From: Bdellovibrionales bacterium
GTDB taxonomy: Bacteria > Bdellovibrionota > Bdellovibrionia > Bdellovibrionales > UBA1609
DNA: 64,000 nucleotides
Reading direction: 5' to 3'
Assembly: GCA_041739415.1 (NCBI GenBank)
Contig: JBGSNU010000035.1
Location: 27,031-91,030 of the forward strand
This document shows, piece after piece, positions 18,177 through 26,754 of this stretch (position 1 is its first letter; every line of letters starts with the position of its first letter). The position numbers were made by a program, and so were the translations under genes. The notes under the pieces are model-generated. The model saw only the letters and a list, made by a program, of their open reading frames with translations. It did no database searches and had not been told where the DNA came from.

Positions 18177-19492
18177 TAAGTTTCTGCGTGGGTGCGAATC
18201 TGCCGGCCGATGCCGTAGTATTCAATTCCAGCTTGGCGCATTTTAGCCGGATCAAAGAGATTTCTCCCGTCAAACACGAGTGCCGTTCGCATCGAGTCCT
18301 TTATTTTGCTTAAGCTTATCGAGCGAAATTCCTGCCATTCCGTCACGATGAGGAGCGCATCGGCCCCATCAATGGCCTCTTCTGCCGACTCACAGGCTTG
18401 GAATGGAACATGGGTAGCCGCAAGAGTGTTCTTCGTCGCAATTGGATCGTAGGCACGCACTTTGGCTCCATTCAAAAATAGATCTTCCATAATTTTCAAA
18501 GCGGGCGCACGTCGAACATCATCTGTCTTGGGTTTAAACGCCAGGCCCCAGACGGCGATTGTCTTGCCTTTGATTGACTCCAGTCTGTCCATTAAACGAG
18601 AAGTTAAGATCGTCTTTTGCCGTTCATTGACTTCATCCGTGGCGCGCAACAGTTTTAGCTCAAGATCATTTTGTTTGCCCATATGGATCAGCGCTCGCAC
18701 GTCCTTAGGAAAGCACGATCCTCCGTAGCCGATACCGGGATTAAAAAATGCCGGATTGATCCTGGAGTCAGAGGTGAATCCAGCCCGCACGGCCTCAATG
18801 TCTGCCCCGAGCTTGTCTGCCAACAGCGCCAGCTCGTTGATGTAAGAAATCTTAATGGCCAAGAATGAGTTCGCGGCGTACTTGGTCATTTCTGCCGAGG
18901 TGTTGTCCATAAACAAAATTTCTTTTTCCGACTTGTTGACGAAGGGCTCATACAGTTCGGTCATTACTTTTTTAGCATGGTCGTTGTCGCAACCGATGAC
19001 GATGCGGTCAGGCTTTAGAAAATCCTCAATGGCGGCGCCTTGCCGGAGAAATTCTGGGTTGTTCACAATCGCGATCGGAAACTTTGAGTGCTCTTTACAG
19101 AAAGCCACGGCTTGCCGATACGTCCCAATCGGAACCGTGCTTTTGAGCACCACAATTTTGCTCGACGTGGCAGCCAGGCAAATTTCTTTAAGGGCCGCGA
19201 AGGTGGGGCGCATGTCGGCGGACCCATCGCTTTGCTCTGGCGTACCCACAGCTATGAAAACCACCTCTGCGGATTCTACGGCTTCCTCAATCGAGGCCGT
19301 GAAGGTGAGGCGTTTTTTGTTGAGCTGAAACAGCTCCTCGAGTCCAGGCTCATAAAACGGCACTTTGCCTTCACGCAGGAGATCGAGTTTGGTGGGGTTT
19401 GAGTCGACGCCGATCACCTCGTGGCCAGCATCGGCAAAACAAACTCCAGCCACAAGGCCGACGTACCCGGTACCCAGTATTGCAATCGTCAT
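18176..19492 (-). CDS. ugd: UDP-glucose 6-dehydrogenase
   Basis: 438 aa. N-terminal Rossmann motif ILGTGYVGLV and the catalytic-Cys motif GYGGSCFPKD typical of the UDP-glucose/GDP-mannose dehydrogenase family. Confidence 0.88.
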   Translation of the reverse strand: MTIAILGTGYVGLVAGVCFADAGHEVIGVDSNPTKLDLLREGKVPFYEPGLEELFQLNKKRLTFTASIEEAVESAEVVFIAVGTPEQSDGSADMRPTFAALKEICLAATSSKIVVLKSTVPIGTYRQAVAFCKEHSKFPIAIVNNPEFLRQGAAIEDFLKPDRIVIGCDNDHAKKVMTELYEPFVNKSEKEILFMDNTSAEMTKYAANSFLAIKISYINELALLADKLGADIEAVRAGFTSDSRINPAFFNPGIGYGGSCFPKDVRALIHMGKQNDLELKLLRATDEVNERQKTILTSRLMDRLESIKGKTIAVWGLAFKPKTDDVRRAPALKIMEDLFLNGAKVRAYDPIATKNTLAATHVPFQACESAEEAIDGADALLIVTEWQEFRSISLSKIKDSMRTALVFDGRNLFDPAKMRQAGIEYYGIGRQIRTHAET

Positions 19493-19554
19493 CGCGAATC
19501 TCCTTTGGACAGGCGGGTAAATTAACGGTAATTTTGGCCCAAGTTAAGTGAAAT

Positions 19555-20556
19555 ATGGCGTCAAAAATCAACTCTCGCGTTTCCCTCATTCTCAAGGTTC
19601 TTATTGCGGTTGCCATAATTGTGGTGATGGTTCGCAGCGGTCACCTGAATCTGAGTCGCCTTTGGGACCTCATGACGCTGCAGAATGTCGCTGTGACTCT
19701 CCTGTTAATTGGTTTATGCACGTTAGGGGCGGCTTGGCGCTGGATTGTCTTGATTCGCGCTCGGGGCTTTAAGGTCAGTTTTACCTATGGATTTTCGCTG
19801 TATCTGATTGGAATGTTTTTCAATTACGCTCTGCCGGGAGCCGTGAGTGGCGATCTGGTGCGCGGTTACTACCTAGTCCACGATCATCCAGGGCGAAAAG
19901 TCGACGGCATTTTGTCCATCTTGATTGACCGGATTTTAGGGGTGTATTCCTTTTTCATTTTCACCCTCATCGCCACCCTCAGTGATTTTGCCTTTGTGAG
20001 TGGACACGAGCAAATCCGCTGGATCGCTTCCATTTGCGCGTTGATTTTTCTGGGGATGACTCTTTTCTTCCTGATCAGTTTCTCTGAGCGTTTGTATGCT
20101 CGCACGGGCCTCAGATGGCTGGCCTCTAAGGTGGGCTTGATAAAAAAAGTGATGGAGGGTTTTCAGCGCTTCGGTCGTGACCGTCGCACAATCGGCCTTT
20201 CGGTATTTGTGAGTTTGATCTCGCAGCTGCTGAGTCTGACTTTTTTCTACTACTTGGCTTATGTCATGGGTGAGACCGACATCACTTGGAAGGTGATCTT
20301 GTTTGTAGTCCCCATGGGTTTTTTAATCACAGCTCTCCCCATCGCACCCGCGGGAGTGGGTGTAGGGCAGGTCGCGTTTGTGTACCTGTTTTCGGCTTAT
20401 CTAGGGCGCACCAGTGAATTTGCAGCACTGTCGATCACGGCGTTTCAAATGGCCATGGCCATCTGGGCACTCGTTGGTGCAGTTGTTTACATCCGACGCC
20501 GCAAACCCCATGAATTCGAAAAAATTCAGAGCGATCTAGAAGTGAATTCGGTATGA
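19555..20556 (+). CDS. Integral membrane protein, lysylphosphatidylglycerol-synthase-TM / flippase-like (UPF0104) family
   Basis: 333 aa with about 8 TM helices. Family-like segment WRWIVLIRARG...FFNYALPGAVSGDLVRGYYL. The stop overlaps the recO start (ATGA). Confidence 0.6.
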   Translation: MASKINSRVSLILKVLIAVAIIVVMVRSGHLNLSRLWDLMTLQNVAVTLLLIGLCTLGAAWRWIVLIRARGFKVSFTYGFSLYLIGMFFNYALPGAVSGDLVRGYYLVHDHPGRKVDGILSILIDRILGVYSFFIFTLIATLSDFAFVSGHEQIRWIASICALIFLGMTLFFLISFSERLYARTGLRWLASKVGLIKKVMEGFQRFGRDRRTIGLSVFVSLISQLLSLTFFYYLAYVMGETDITWKVILFVVPMGFLITALPIAPAGVGVGQVAFVYLFSAYLGRTSEFAALSITAFQMAMAIWALVGAVVYIRRRKPHEFEKIQSDLEVNSV

Positions 20557-21176
20557 ACCGAAAAGAGAAAATTTTGGTTCTGAAGACTTTCAAGTTTGGC
20601 GAGTCTGACTTAGTGGTACATGGGCTAACCGCGTATGGCGCCCGGATTGGCTTTTTGGCAAAAGGAGCTATGCGAAGTCGCAAGCGTTTTGCAGGTGGAG
20701 TGCTTGAACCCACACACTACATTGAGGTCGCATACAAAGAGCGGTTTTCTAGCGACTCAGACCCTTTGCACCTTTTGCTTGAAGCTCAGTTGATTCGAGA
20801 GTTCCCGGGGCTACGCACAGACTATGATCGCTTGGCCCTAGCTCTACACATGGTGCAGTTGGTTTATCGTCTTGGGCAGCAAGGTGTCGTCGACTCACAA
20901 GATCTTTTTAATCTTCTGGGGAATGCGTTGCAAGCTACTGAAACGAGCCCGCGTCTAGACAGCCTTCGCCTACAGTTTGATTTGAAAGTTTTGGCTACTC
21001 AAGGAGTTTTGCCAGTGGAGCCGGCATTTGTACCCTGGTTACAGGCGGGGTTGGCAGAGCATGCGACTATCCCGTGCGAAGTGAATGCTCGGCATTGGAT
21101 TCTATCGCAAATTCACTCGCATCTTGAGCACTACCTAGGCAGCTACCGTGAGCATTCCGAATCTAAAAATTTGTGA
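20553..21176 (+). CDS. recO: DNA repair protein RecO
   Basis: 207 aa. The N-terminal OB-fold region ILVLKTFKFGESDLVVHGLTAYGARIGFLAKGAMRSRKRF matches the RecO pattern. The 3' end overlaps the convergent gene by 14 nt. Confidence 0.75.
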   Translation: MNRKEKILVLKTFKFGESDLVVHGLTAYGARIGFLAKGAMRSRKRFAGGVLEPTHYIEVAYKERFSSDSDPLHLLLEAQLIREFPGLRTDYDRLALALHMVQLVYRLGQQGVVDSQDLFNLLGNALQATETSPRLDSLRLQFDLKVLATQGVLPVEPAFVPWLQAGLAEHATIPCEVNARHWILSQIHSHLEHYLGSYREHSESKNL

Positions 21177-23256
21177 TAAAGGTCGCGGTCGTCATAACCA
21201 TATATTTGGTGTATTCATTGGCGGAGATATTCGAGCCGTTCTTTGTGTAGGTTCCATTCATCCCCCACGTCATCCAGCTGTAAATAGGTTTTGTAAGTCC
21301 GAGGGTCAGAGTGTAGTTGGTGTCTGTACGCGGTGTTTCCGCCGAGCCATATTTCATTTGATAGGCCGATAGTCCGACACTCCCGTTGGTTTCCCACGGG
21401 AGCGGCGAGACATAGGTCACCCCAAGATCGATGCGATTGTAAATTTTGTTTTTCCCTGAGGCTGAGTTCTGAGCATAGCCAACACTCGGAAGCAGCGAGC
21501 GCTTTTTCTCCAATAAAAACATTTGCGTGCTCCGGAGGGTGTACCTCTCTGCATCCAGATTTTCGGGGCCTGTAGAGCTCGCATCATAGGAGTTGTCGTC
21601 TCTGTACTCCAAAGTCAAAATCGAGATCCAATCCTTGCTCATCACAAAGTTGGCATCGGTGCTGAGGTAGTACGAAGCTTGAGACCGCTGTTTCGTTCCC
21701 GTGCTGCTTGGATCGAGATAAAGCAGTTCATAGCCTGGAGTAAAAGTCAGCTTTAGCCCCTTGTCCCCCAGCTTTGTCGAGCGACTATAAGGCGCTTGAA
21801 GCGTATAGATAAACGGATCCGCCGCCGCCGATTCATCTTTAATTGAATTCGTCAGATTGGCCATCGCACTGGTCGAAAACTCATTTCTCTCATTGTAGAT
21901 GGGGCGGTATTGAAGGTTTAAAATAGTGAGCAAGCGAAAGTCGGCCGTATCTGTCGCCGTACCTGTCGCATTGTCGGGTGAGAGAAGCACGTTCGAGTCG
22001 TACATGGCGCCGACGACTCCCATAACCGTGAATTTGTTCTCCTGCATTTTTTTAAATGCCTCGGCAGCCGCGATCCGATCAATATAATCCTCAGCCTGTT
22101 TGTCCATATTGGCGTCGGTCGAGGTGTCAATTACGGTTTCAAAGCTCGTTTTTGCTTCAAGATATTTTTCTTGTGAGAAGTAAACAACGCCAGCATAAAA
22201 CTCAGCTGAAGGTGCAAGATTGGGTTGGCTCGATTTAGCGACTGTCTTAAATTTTTCAAGGGCGTTGTCGAGTTCGCTTAAGCGAAAATGCACCAGACCC
22301 ATAAAGTAATCGCGCTCCATCTCGACGGCGGGTGCGACTTTCGCAACCTTTAAGGCGACGAGCGCTTCGTTGAATTTTTCATTGCGATACAAGGTGACGC
22401 CATATTTGTAATGGTAGTCGCGATTTTCCGGATCTAACTCAATCGCTTGGCGAAAATTCTCTTCGGCCGGCTTGAACTGTCCCAAGTCATACTGGCGACT
22501 GGCCTCAGCCGCAAACTTTGCGGCCTTTGCGCGCTGCTTTTTGCGCTCAGACTCTGACATGAGCTTTTGTTCCTGCTGCCTTTGTAGCACCTTCTGTCGC
22601 TCGATTTGCTCAAGGCGAACACGCTCCGCCATTCTTTGAGCGGCCTGTAGTGCAAGGCTATCCAATTGCGCCTTCCGTGATTCCTCCTGCGAGGTTGCAA
22701 GAGACTGACCTTTTGCGGCGCCGCTTGGTTTTTTGAGTCGCCGAAGGGCTCGTGCCGCGGCTTGTTCATTTTCGAAGGCTTTTAGAGCCGACTGCGCTTG
22801 CTCTCGGGTGTCATACACATCCATCAGCGCCTGACCCTTGGCGTTTCGCTTCCAAATCATAGGCTTTCGCTGCAGCTTTCCACTTTGGATCAGGGTGTAC
22901 ATTTGTTTGGTGGCGTTGAGATCTTTGCGTAGGTTTTCGGGCGGCACATAGATATCTGGAACGATTTGCTCGCCGATATTGACCTTGAAGGATCCCACAA
23001 ATTGGGCGGAGTCGGGTGCGGTTTCTTCAAGTTGGATCTGTACAAACTTCCCAGTTTGTTTGTCGCGGATCATTAAAAACGCATCGTCAATTTTGCGGCT
23101 GTCGACGTTCCAAGATGGTGAACCGTAGTTTACAAAAATCGCTCGGGTGGTGCTCAAGCTTTTGCGCCCTTTTTCATTGGCATTTGCCAAAGCTGGGGCA
23201 CTCAACGGTAAGACTAAAGCGATCGATAGTATTTGGCGTTTACAAATATTAAACAA
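21163..23256 (-). CDS. Outer-membrane protein: signal peptide, coiled-coil, TPR repeats and C-terminal beta-barrel
   Basis: 697 aa. TTG start with GAGGAG 6 nt upstream. Signal peptide MFNICKRQILSIALVLPLSAPALANA. Charged coiled-coil (QEESRKAQLD...ERKKQRAKAAK). TPR units (AEENFRQAIELDPENRDYHYKYGVTLY...). The C-terminal ~300 aa are alternating barrel-like sequence ending ATFITNF. Confidence 0.65.
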   Translation of the reverse strand: MFNICKRQILSIALVLPLSAPALANANEKGRKSLSTTRAIFVNYGSPSWNVDSRKIDDAFLMIRDKQTGKFVQIQLEETAPDSAQFVGSFKVNIGEQIVPDIYVPPENLRKDLNATKQMYTLIQSGKLQRKPMIWKRNAKGQALMDVYDTREQAQSALKAFENEQAAARALRRLKKPSGAAKGQSLATSQEESRKAQLDSLALQAAQRMAERVRLEQIERQKVLQRQQEQKLMSESERKKQRAKAAKFAAEASRQYDLGQFKPAEENFRQAIELDPENRDYHYKYGVTLYRNEKFNEALVALKVAKVAPAVEMERDYFMGLVHFRLSELDNALEKFKTVAKSSQPNLAPSAEFYAGVVYFSQEKYLEAKTSFETVIDTSTDANMDKQAEDYIDRIAAAEAFKKMQENKFTVMGVVGAMYDSNVLLSPDNATGTATDTADFRLLTILNLQYRPIYNERNEFSTSAMANLTNSIKDESAAADPFIYTLQAPYSRSTKLGDKGLKLTFTPGYELLYLDPSSTGTKQRSQASYYLSTDANFVMSKDWISILTLEYRDDNSYDASSTGPENLDAERYTLRSTQMFLLEKKRSLLPSVGYAQNSASGKNKIYNRIDLGVTYVSPLPWETNGSVGLSAYQMKYGSAETPRTDTNYTLTLGLTKPIYSWMTWGMNGTYTKNGSNISANEYTKYMVMTTATFITNF

Positions 23257-23323
23257 GTCGGACTCCTCAAGGATGCAGCTCTTGAGTTATACAATAGCCA
23301 GACTTGATCCATGAGAGAACCAA

Positions 23324-24472
23324 TTATTGCTTTTTAATAGTTATGTTTACTTTGGTGTTGCCCTGTTGAATGAGCTCATTGCAAGTCAGACAGGACTGAA
23401 CGGGAGTCGTGGTGATCGGGGGCGGTAGAGCCACCAAGGGCATTGGTGGAGCGAGAGTCGGTATCATCACGGGCGCGGAATTGCCGCCCACGATATCTCC
23501 ACTTCCAATCATAGACGCTCCGCCTGGGGGTGGAGGTGCAGCTCCGGTGACTGGGCCTGATCCTGGTCCAGTCGAGCTGGTGGAATCAGCGCCACCCACT
23601 GGTGCGGCACTTGCGGGCTCGCGCGCATCTGTGCCTGTGGATCCCCCATCGGCACCACTGACATTTGTATCAGTAGAGGGCGCGGCCTTGCCACCACCAG
23701 CACTTTCGCCTTCAGGACCTGAGCCTTCTGATGCATTGCCCTCCGACTTTGCTGAGTCTTCGCCAGATTTAGCACCATCTGATTTGCCGGCCGAGTCGCT
23801 TGGGCCTGCGGTGGGACTATCCGCTTTGGAATCGTTGTCTAAAGAGTTCAGCTCGTTCTTTGGCACAGCTTGCGGCGCGGAGGGAGCTTGGCCATTTGCG
23901 CTGGCTGCCATTTTGCCAGGAGTAACTGAAACAGGGTTACGAATTGTGCCTCCTGGACCAGGCAAACCGAAGTCGACCTTTCCATGAAAGGTAATGACCT
24001 GAGAGCTCTTGGTCTGGCGATCAAAGCTTGTGATAAAATCAGTGCCTCGCACTCCGGCGACAGCGGCGGGTGTTTTAACTTGGAATTTTGAAGTCTTGCC
24101 ATCGTATTTTTGTTCAACTTTAGCGCGCACTTTTCCATAAATTACGTTTAGCAGAACGTCCTTCTTACCCTTTTTGGGATCGTAGTCGTATTGCTGAATT
24201 TCAACATGTGAATCCGGCGAGAGGTTGAGCTCGTTGTTGTCCACCATGACCACTTTGGCGCGCGAATCTTTGCCTGTGATAATCACATCTTTGGGGAACA
24301 CCTGCGCACCCAAACGGGCCCGAGTGGTTTGACCGGTTCGCGCGGATTTGATTTGCACTTCACCTTTTACAACGCGCAAGACGCCGTGCACGCTTTGGCC
24401 CATGGCAGGGCTCGCTAGAGTCAGAGTCACTAGCGACAAGATAGAGGCTAAACTCAGTGAAAATACGTGCAT
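23324..24472 (-). CDS. Exported FecR-domain protein with long G/S/A/P-rich disordered region
   Basis: FecR-like segment GVLRVVKGEVQIKSARTG...GAQVFPKDVIITGKDSRAKVVMVDNNELNLSPDSHVEI, followed by ~170 aa of low complexity and a C-terminal CLTC motif. ATG 24472 (GGAG 6 nt upstream) gives signal peptide MHVFSLSLASILSLVTLTLASPAMG. The track start is 24493. Confidence 0.7.
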   Translation of the reverse strand: MHVFSLSLASILSLVTLTLASPAMGQSVHGVLRVVKGEVQIKSARTGQTTRARLGAQVFPKDVIITGKDSRAKVVMVDNNELNLSPDSHVEIQQYDYDPKKGKKDVLLNVIYGKVRAKVEQKYDGKTSKFQVKTPAAVAGVRGTDFITSFDRQTKSSQVITFHGKVDFGLPGPGGTIRNPVSVTPGKMAASANGQAPSAPQAVPKNELNSLDNDSKADSPTAGPSDSAGKSDGAKSGEDSAKSEGNASEGSGPEGESAGGGKAAPSTDTNVSGADGGSTGTDAREPASAAPVGGADSTSSTGPGSGPVTGAAPPPPGGASMIGSGDIVGGNSAPVMIPTLAPPMPLVALPPPITTTPVQSCLTCNELIQQGNTKVNITIKKQ

Positions 24473-24680
24473 ATGATCTCCCTGAACCGGCATCCCAGCT
24501 CATTCTCTTTTTCGGCTGAATGTAGACAAAGGTGAAGGCTCGTCTCAATTCAGTCGTTCTCGTTTTGAGATGGAAGGGCTCAGCCCAGATCCAGACATTC
24601 GCCTTGATTATTTAAGGAGAGTTTCCGATGAGTGAATTCAGACCTAGGATAGACTAATGGCTCACACACCGGAGGTACGT

Positions 24681-24971
24681 ATGGCGAAGCGACAGGCCAA
24701 GACGAAAGCCAGCAAACTCAATGTTGGAAAGAAAACTGCGCCGCGAAAATCGGGCACAAAAATGGCCAAGACGATTTCCAAAAAGGCCAAGAGTTTGGCT
24801 CCAGCTCCACGATCTGGATTTCTTTGGAAGGTTCTAGAGGAGAAGCAGAAAGCTTTAGAGATGACTCAGGGTCAAGGCAAGCATCCCTTTGCTCACCTTG
24901 AATCTGAGCGCAGTCAGCAGATGCAAAAAGGTCATGGTCGGTTTGCCGGACCACGACGACGAGCGGCTTAA
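24681..24971 (+). CDS. Small highly basic hypothetical protein
   Basis: 96 aa from ATG 24681, which has GGAGG 5 nt upstream (the track start at 24657 has no SD). Lys/Arg-rich N-terminus MAKRQAKTKASKLNVGKKTAPRK. A terminator hairpin follows directly. Confidence 0.45.
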   Translation: MAKRQAKTKASKLNVGKKTAPRKSGTKMAKTISKKAKSLAPAPRSGFLWKVLEEKQKALEMTQGQGKHPFAHLESERSQQMQKGHGRFAGPRRRAA

Positions 24972-24987
24972 GTCGTGTCTATAAAGT

Positions 24988-25034
24988 CTGTCGGAGTTCG
25001 AGGAATCTTTGGCTCCGACAGGCCTCTTCTTTTC
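24988..25034 (+). terminator. Rho-independent terminator after the small basic ORF
   Basis: Perfect 9-bp stem CTGTCGGAG (24988-24996) / CTCCGACAG (25013-25021) with a 16-nt loop, followed by a T-rich stretch GCCTCTTCTTTTC. Confidence 0.5.
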
Positions 25035-25046
25035 AAAGTTGCAAAC

Positions 25047-25580
25047 CTAGCGCAACACAATGTCCTGAGCCGCCAAAAGCAAATTGAGTCGATGCACCTC
25101 TGGCGGAGCATAGGGGAAGTCTTCAGGCTTTTCACTTGTCCCGATCAACGCCGACCGCATACCTGCACGATGTCCCGCCTCCACATCAGTCATTCGGTCA
25201 CCGACCATCCAACTCCCTCGAATATCTAAATCATAGCGCTTGGCAATTTCTAGCATCATGCCCGGATTGGGTTTACGCATAGGGTGGTCATAGGTCGTCA
25301 TGTAAGGTGCGCTGTGAAACGATAAAATATCTACGCCTTCGCTGGTAAACTGCGCGGCGATCCGCCGGTGAATTTCATCTAGGTTGCGCACATCCACTAA
25401 CCCTCGCGGCACACCCGATTGATTGGTCGCCACGAACAGCTTCATCCCGTGATCGCGCAGCAAGCGCATCGCTTCAAAAACTCCCGGGAGGTAAACAATT
25501 TTATTAGGGTCATTGAGATAAATCATATCGACAATGAGGGTGCCATCTCGGTCTAGGATAACTGCGCGTGATTTTGCCAT
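25047..25580 (-). CDS. gmhB: D,D-heptose 1,7-bisphosphate phosphatase-like HAD-IIIA phosphatase
   Basis: 177 aa. HAD motif I VILDRDGTL, motif II FVATNQSG, motif III/IV region MVGDRMTDVEAG. Confidence 0.7.
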   Translation of the reverse strand: MAKSRAVILDRDGTLIVDMIYLNDPNKIVYLPGVFEAMRLLRDHGMKLFVATNQSGVPRGLVDVRNLDEIHRRIAAQFTSEGVDILSFHSAPYMTTYDHPMRKPNPGMMLEIAKRYDLDIRGSWMVGDRMTDVEAGHRAGMRSALIGTSEKPEDFPYAPPEVHRLNLLLAAQDIVLR

Positions 25581-25590
25581 GTGTGACAGC

Positions 25591-26541
25591 TTACTCGATT
25601 TGCTCGTCAGTTTTCACCTTTGACGCCGAGAGAGGATGATGCTTTTCCATCGATCGGGCCAAATGGTCTAGGGACAGGTGCGTGTACTTTTGCGTCGCTG
25701 CCAACGACTTGTGTCCCAGCAGCTCTTGTAAGATCCTTAAATCTGCGCCTGACGTCAGCAGGTGAGTGGCGTAACTGTGGCGCAAAGCATGCGGATGCAA
25801 CGGTTTAAGAAGACCCGCCCGGCGTCCCACGTGGCGAACAAGATCGTAGGCTTGACGAGTGGAGAGTGGAGAGTCGCCCCCCAAAATAAAATCTCCCACG
25901 CGCTCGAGCTGTGCCAGGTGCTGCGCCAGGCCTAGAGGCACTGCCACTAGCCGAGTCCTCCCGCCTTTGCCCTCAATTCGCAACGCCTGCGTTTCTATTC
26001 GCCAGTCCCGCCAGCGCACCGACGTCGCTTCACCAACTCGTAGTCCTGCCCCATACAACAACAGCACTAATGTTTGCTCAGTGCTCATGGGCTTGAGCTC
26101 CCGCAACAGACTCAAAACCTCATCAACCGAAATAAAATGAGGAATGCGCTGTGGGACTTTGGGGCCTCGAAGATGGACTGAGTGATCCTCAGCGATGCAG
26201 TTGGTTTGGTGCATCCACTTCAAAAAGCTTCGAACGGCGGCAAATTTACGATTCCGAGAGGCGGGCTTTAAGTCAGCCCAGACCGTTTGTACGGCTCGAA
26301 TCAGCGTTTTGAGGTCACCTGTGGCGGCGAGGTCAGGTGTGTAAGAATTACCAAATTTCACCTCGAAGTCCGCCGTTCTCTCGGTGCAGGTGATTCTTTC
26401 AATTCCTAATGGAGCCAGGAACTGCGCCAGGTCAGTGGCATAAGACTTGGATGTATGCTCACTGCAGGTCCGTTGCAGCGTAAGGTATTTCAAGTACTTA
26501 CACGCCAAATCGGCCAAATTTGGTCGCTTTGTTACAGACAA
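25591..26541 (-). CDS. Tyrosine recombinase, XerC/XerD family
   Basis: 316 aa. C-terminal catalytic region HALRHSYATHLLTSGADLRILQELLGHKSLAATQKYTH (R-H-R-Y box). The N-terminal SAM-like core-binding domain pattern is present. Confidence 0.85.
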   Translation of the reverse strand: MSVTKRPNLADLACKYLKYLTLQRTCSEHTSKSYATDLAQFLAPLGIERITCTERTADFEVKFGNSYTPDLAATGDLKTLIRAVQTVWADLKPASRNRKFAAVRSFLKWMHQTNCIAEDHSVHLRGPKVPQRIPHFISVDEVLSLLRELKPMSTEQTLVLLLYGAGLRVGEATSVRWRDWRIETQALRIEGKGGRTRLVAVPLGLAQHLAQLERVGDFILGGDSPLSTRQAYDLVRHVGRRAGLLKPLHPHALRHSYATHLLTSGADLRILQELLGHKSLAATQKYTHLSLDHLARSMEKHHPLSASKVKTDEQIE

Positions 26542-26754
26542 TTGTGAGCTCCTCTAGTTCGGATAGCGGCAACCAAAGGCGGCTTTCCACGATAGAAAAG
26601 CTACAGTGTGTATTGCAAAAAAGACTTGCTTAAAAAAACAGCACCTGTTAGACACACTGTGTCGAAGCATGTGATGCATTGCGGTGTAAAACTTGAGCTG
26701 GTGGGGAAACAACAGTTCGGGAGATGCACGAAAAACTAAGAAGGGGTTGTACGT

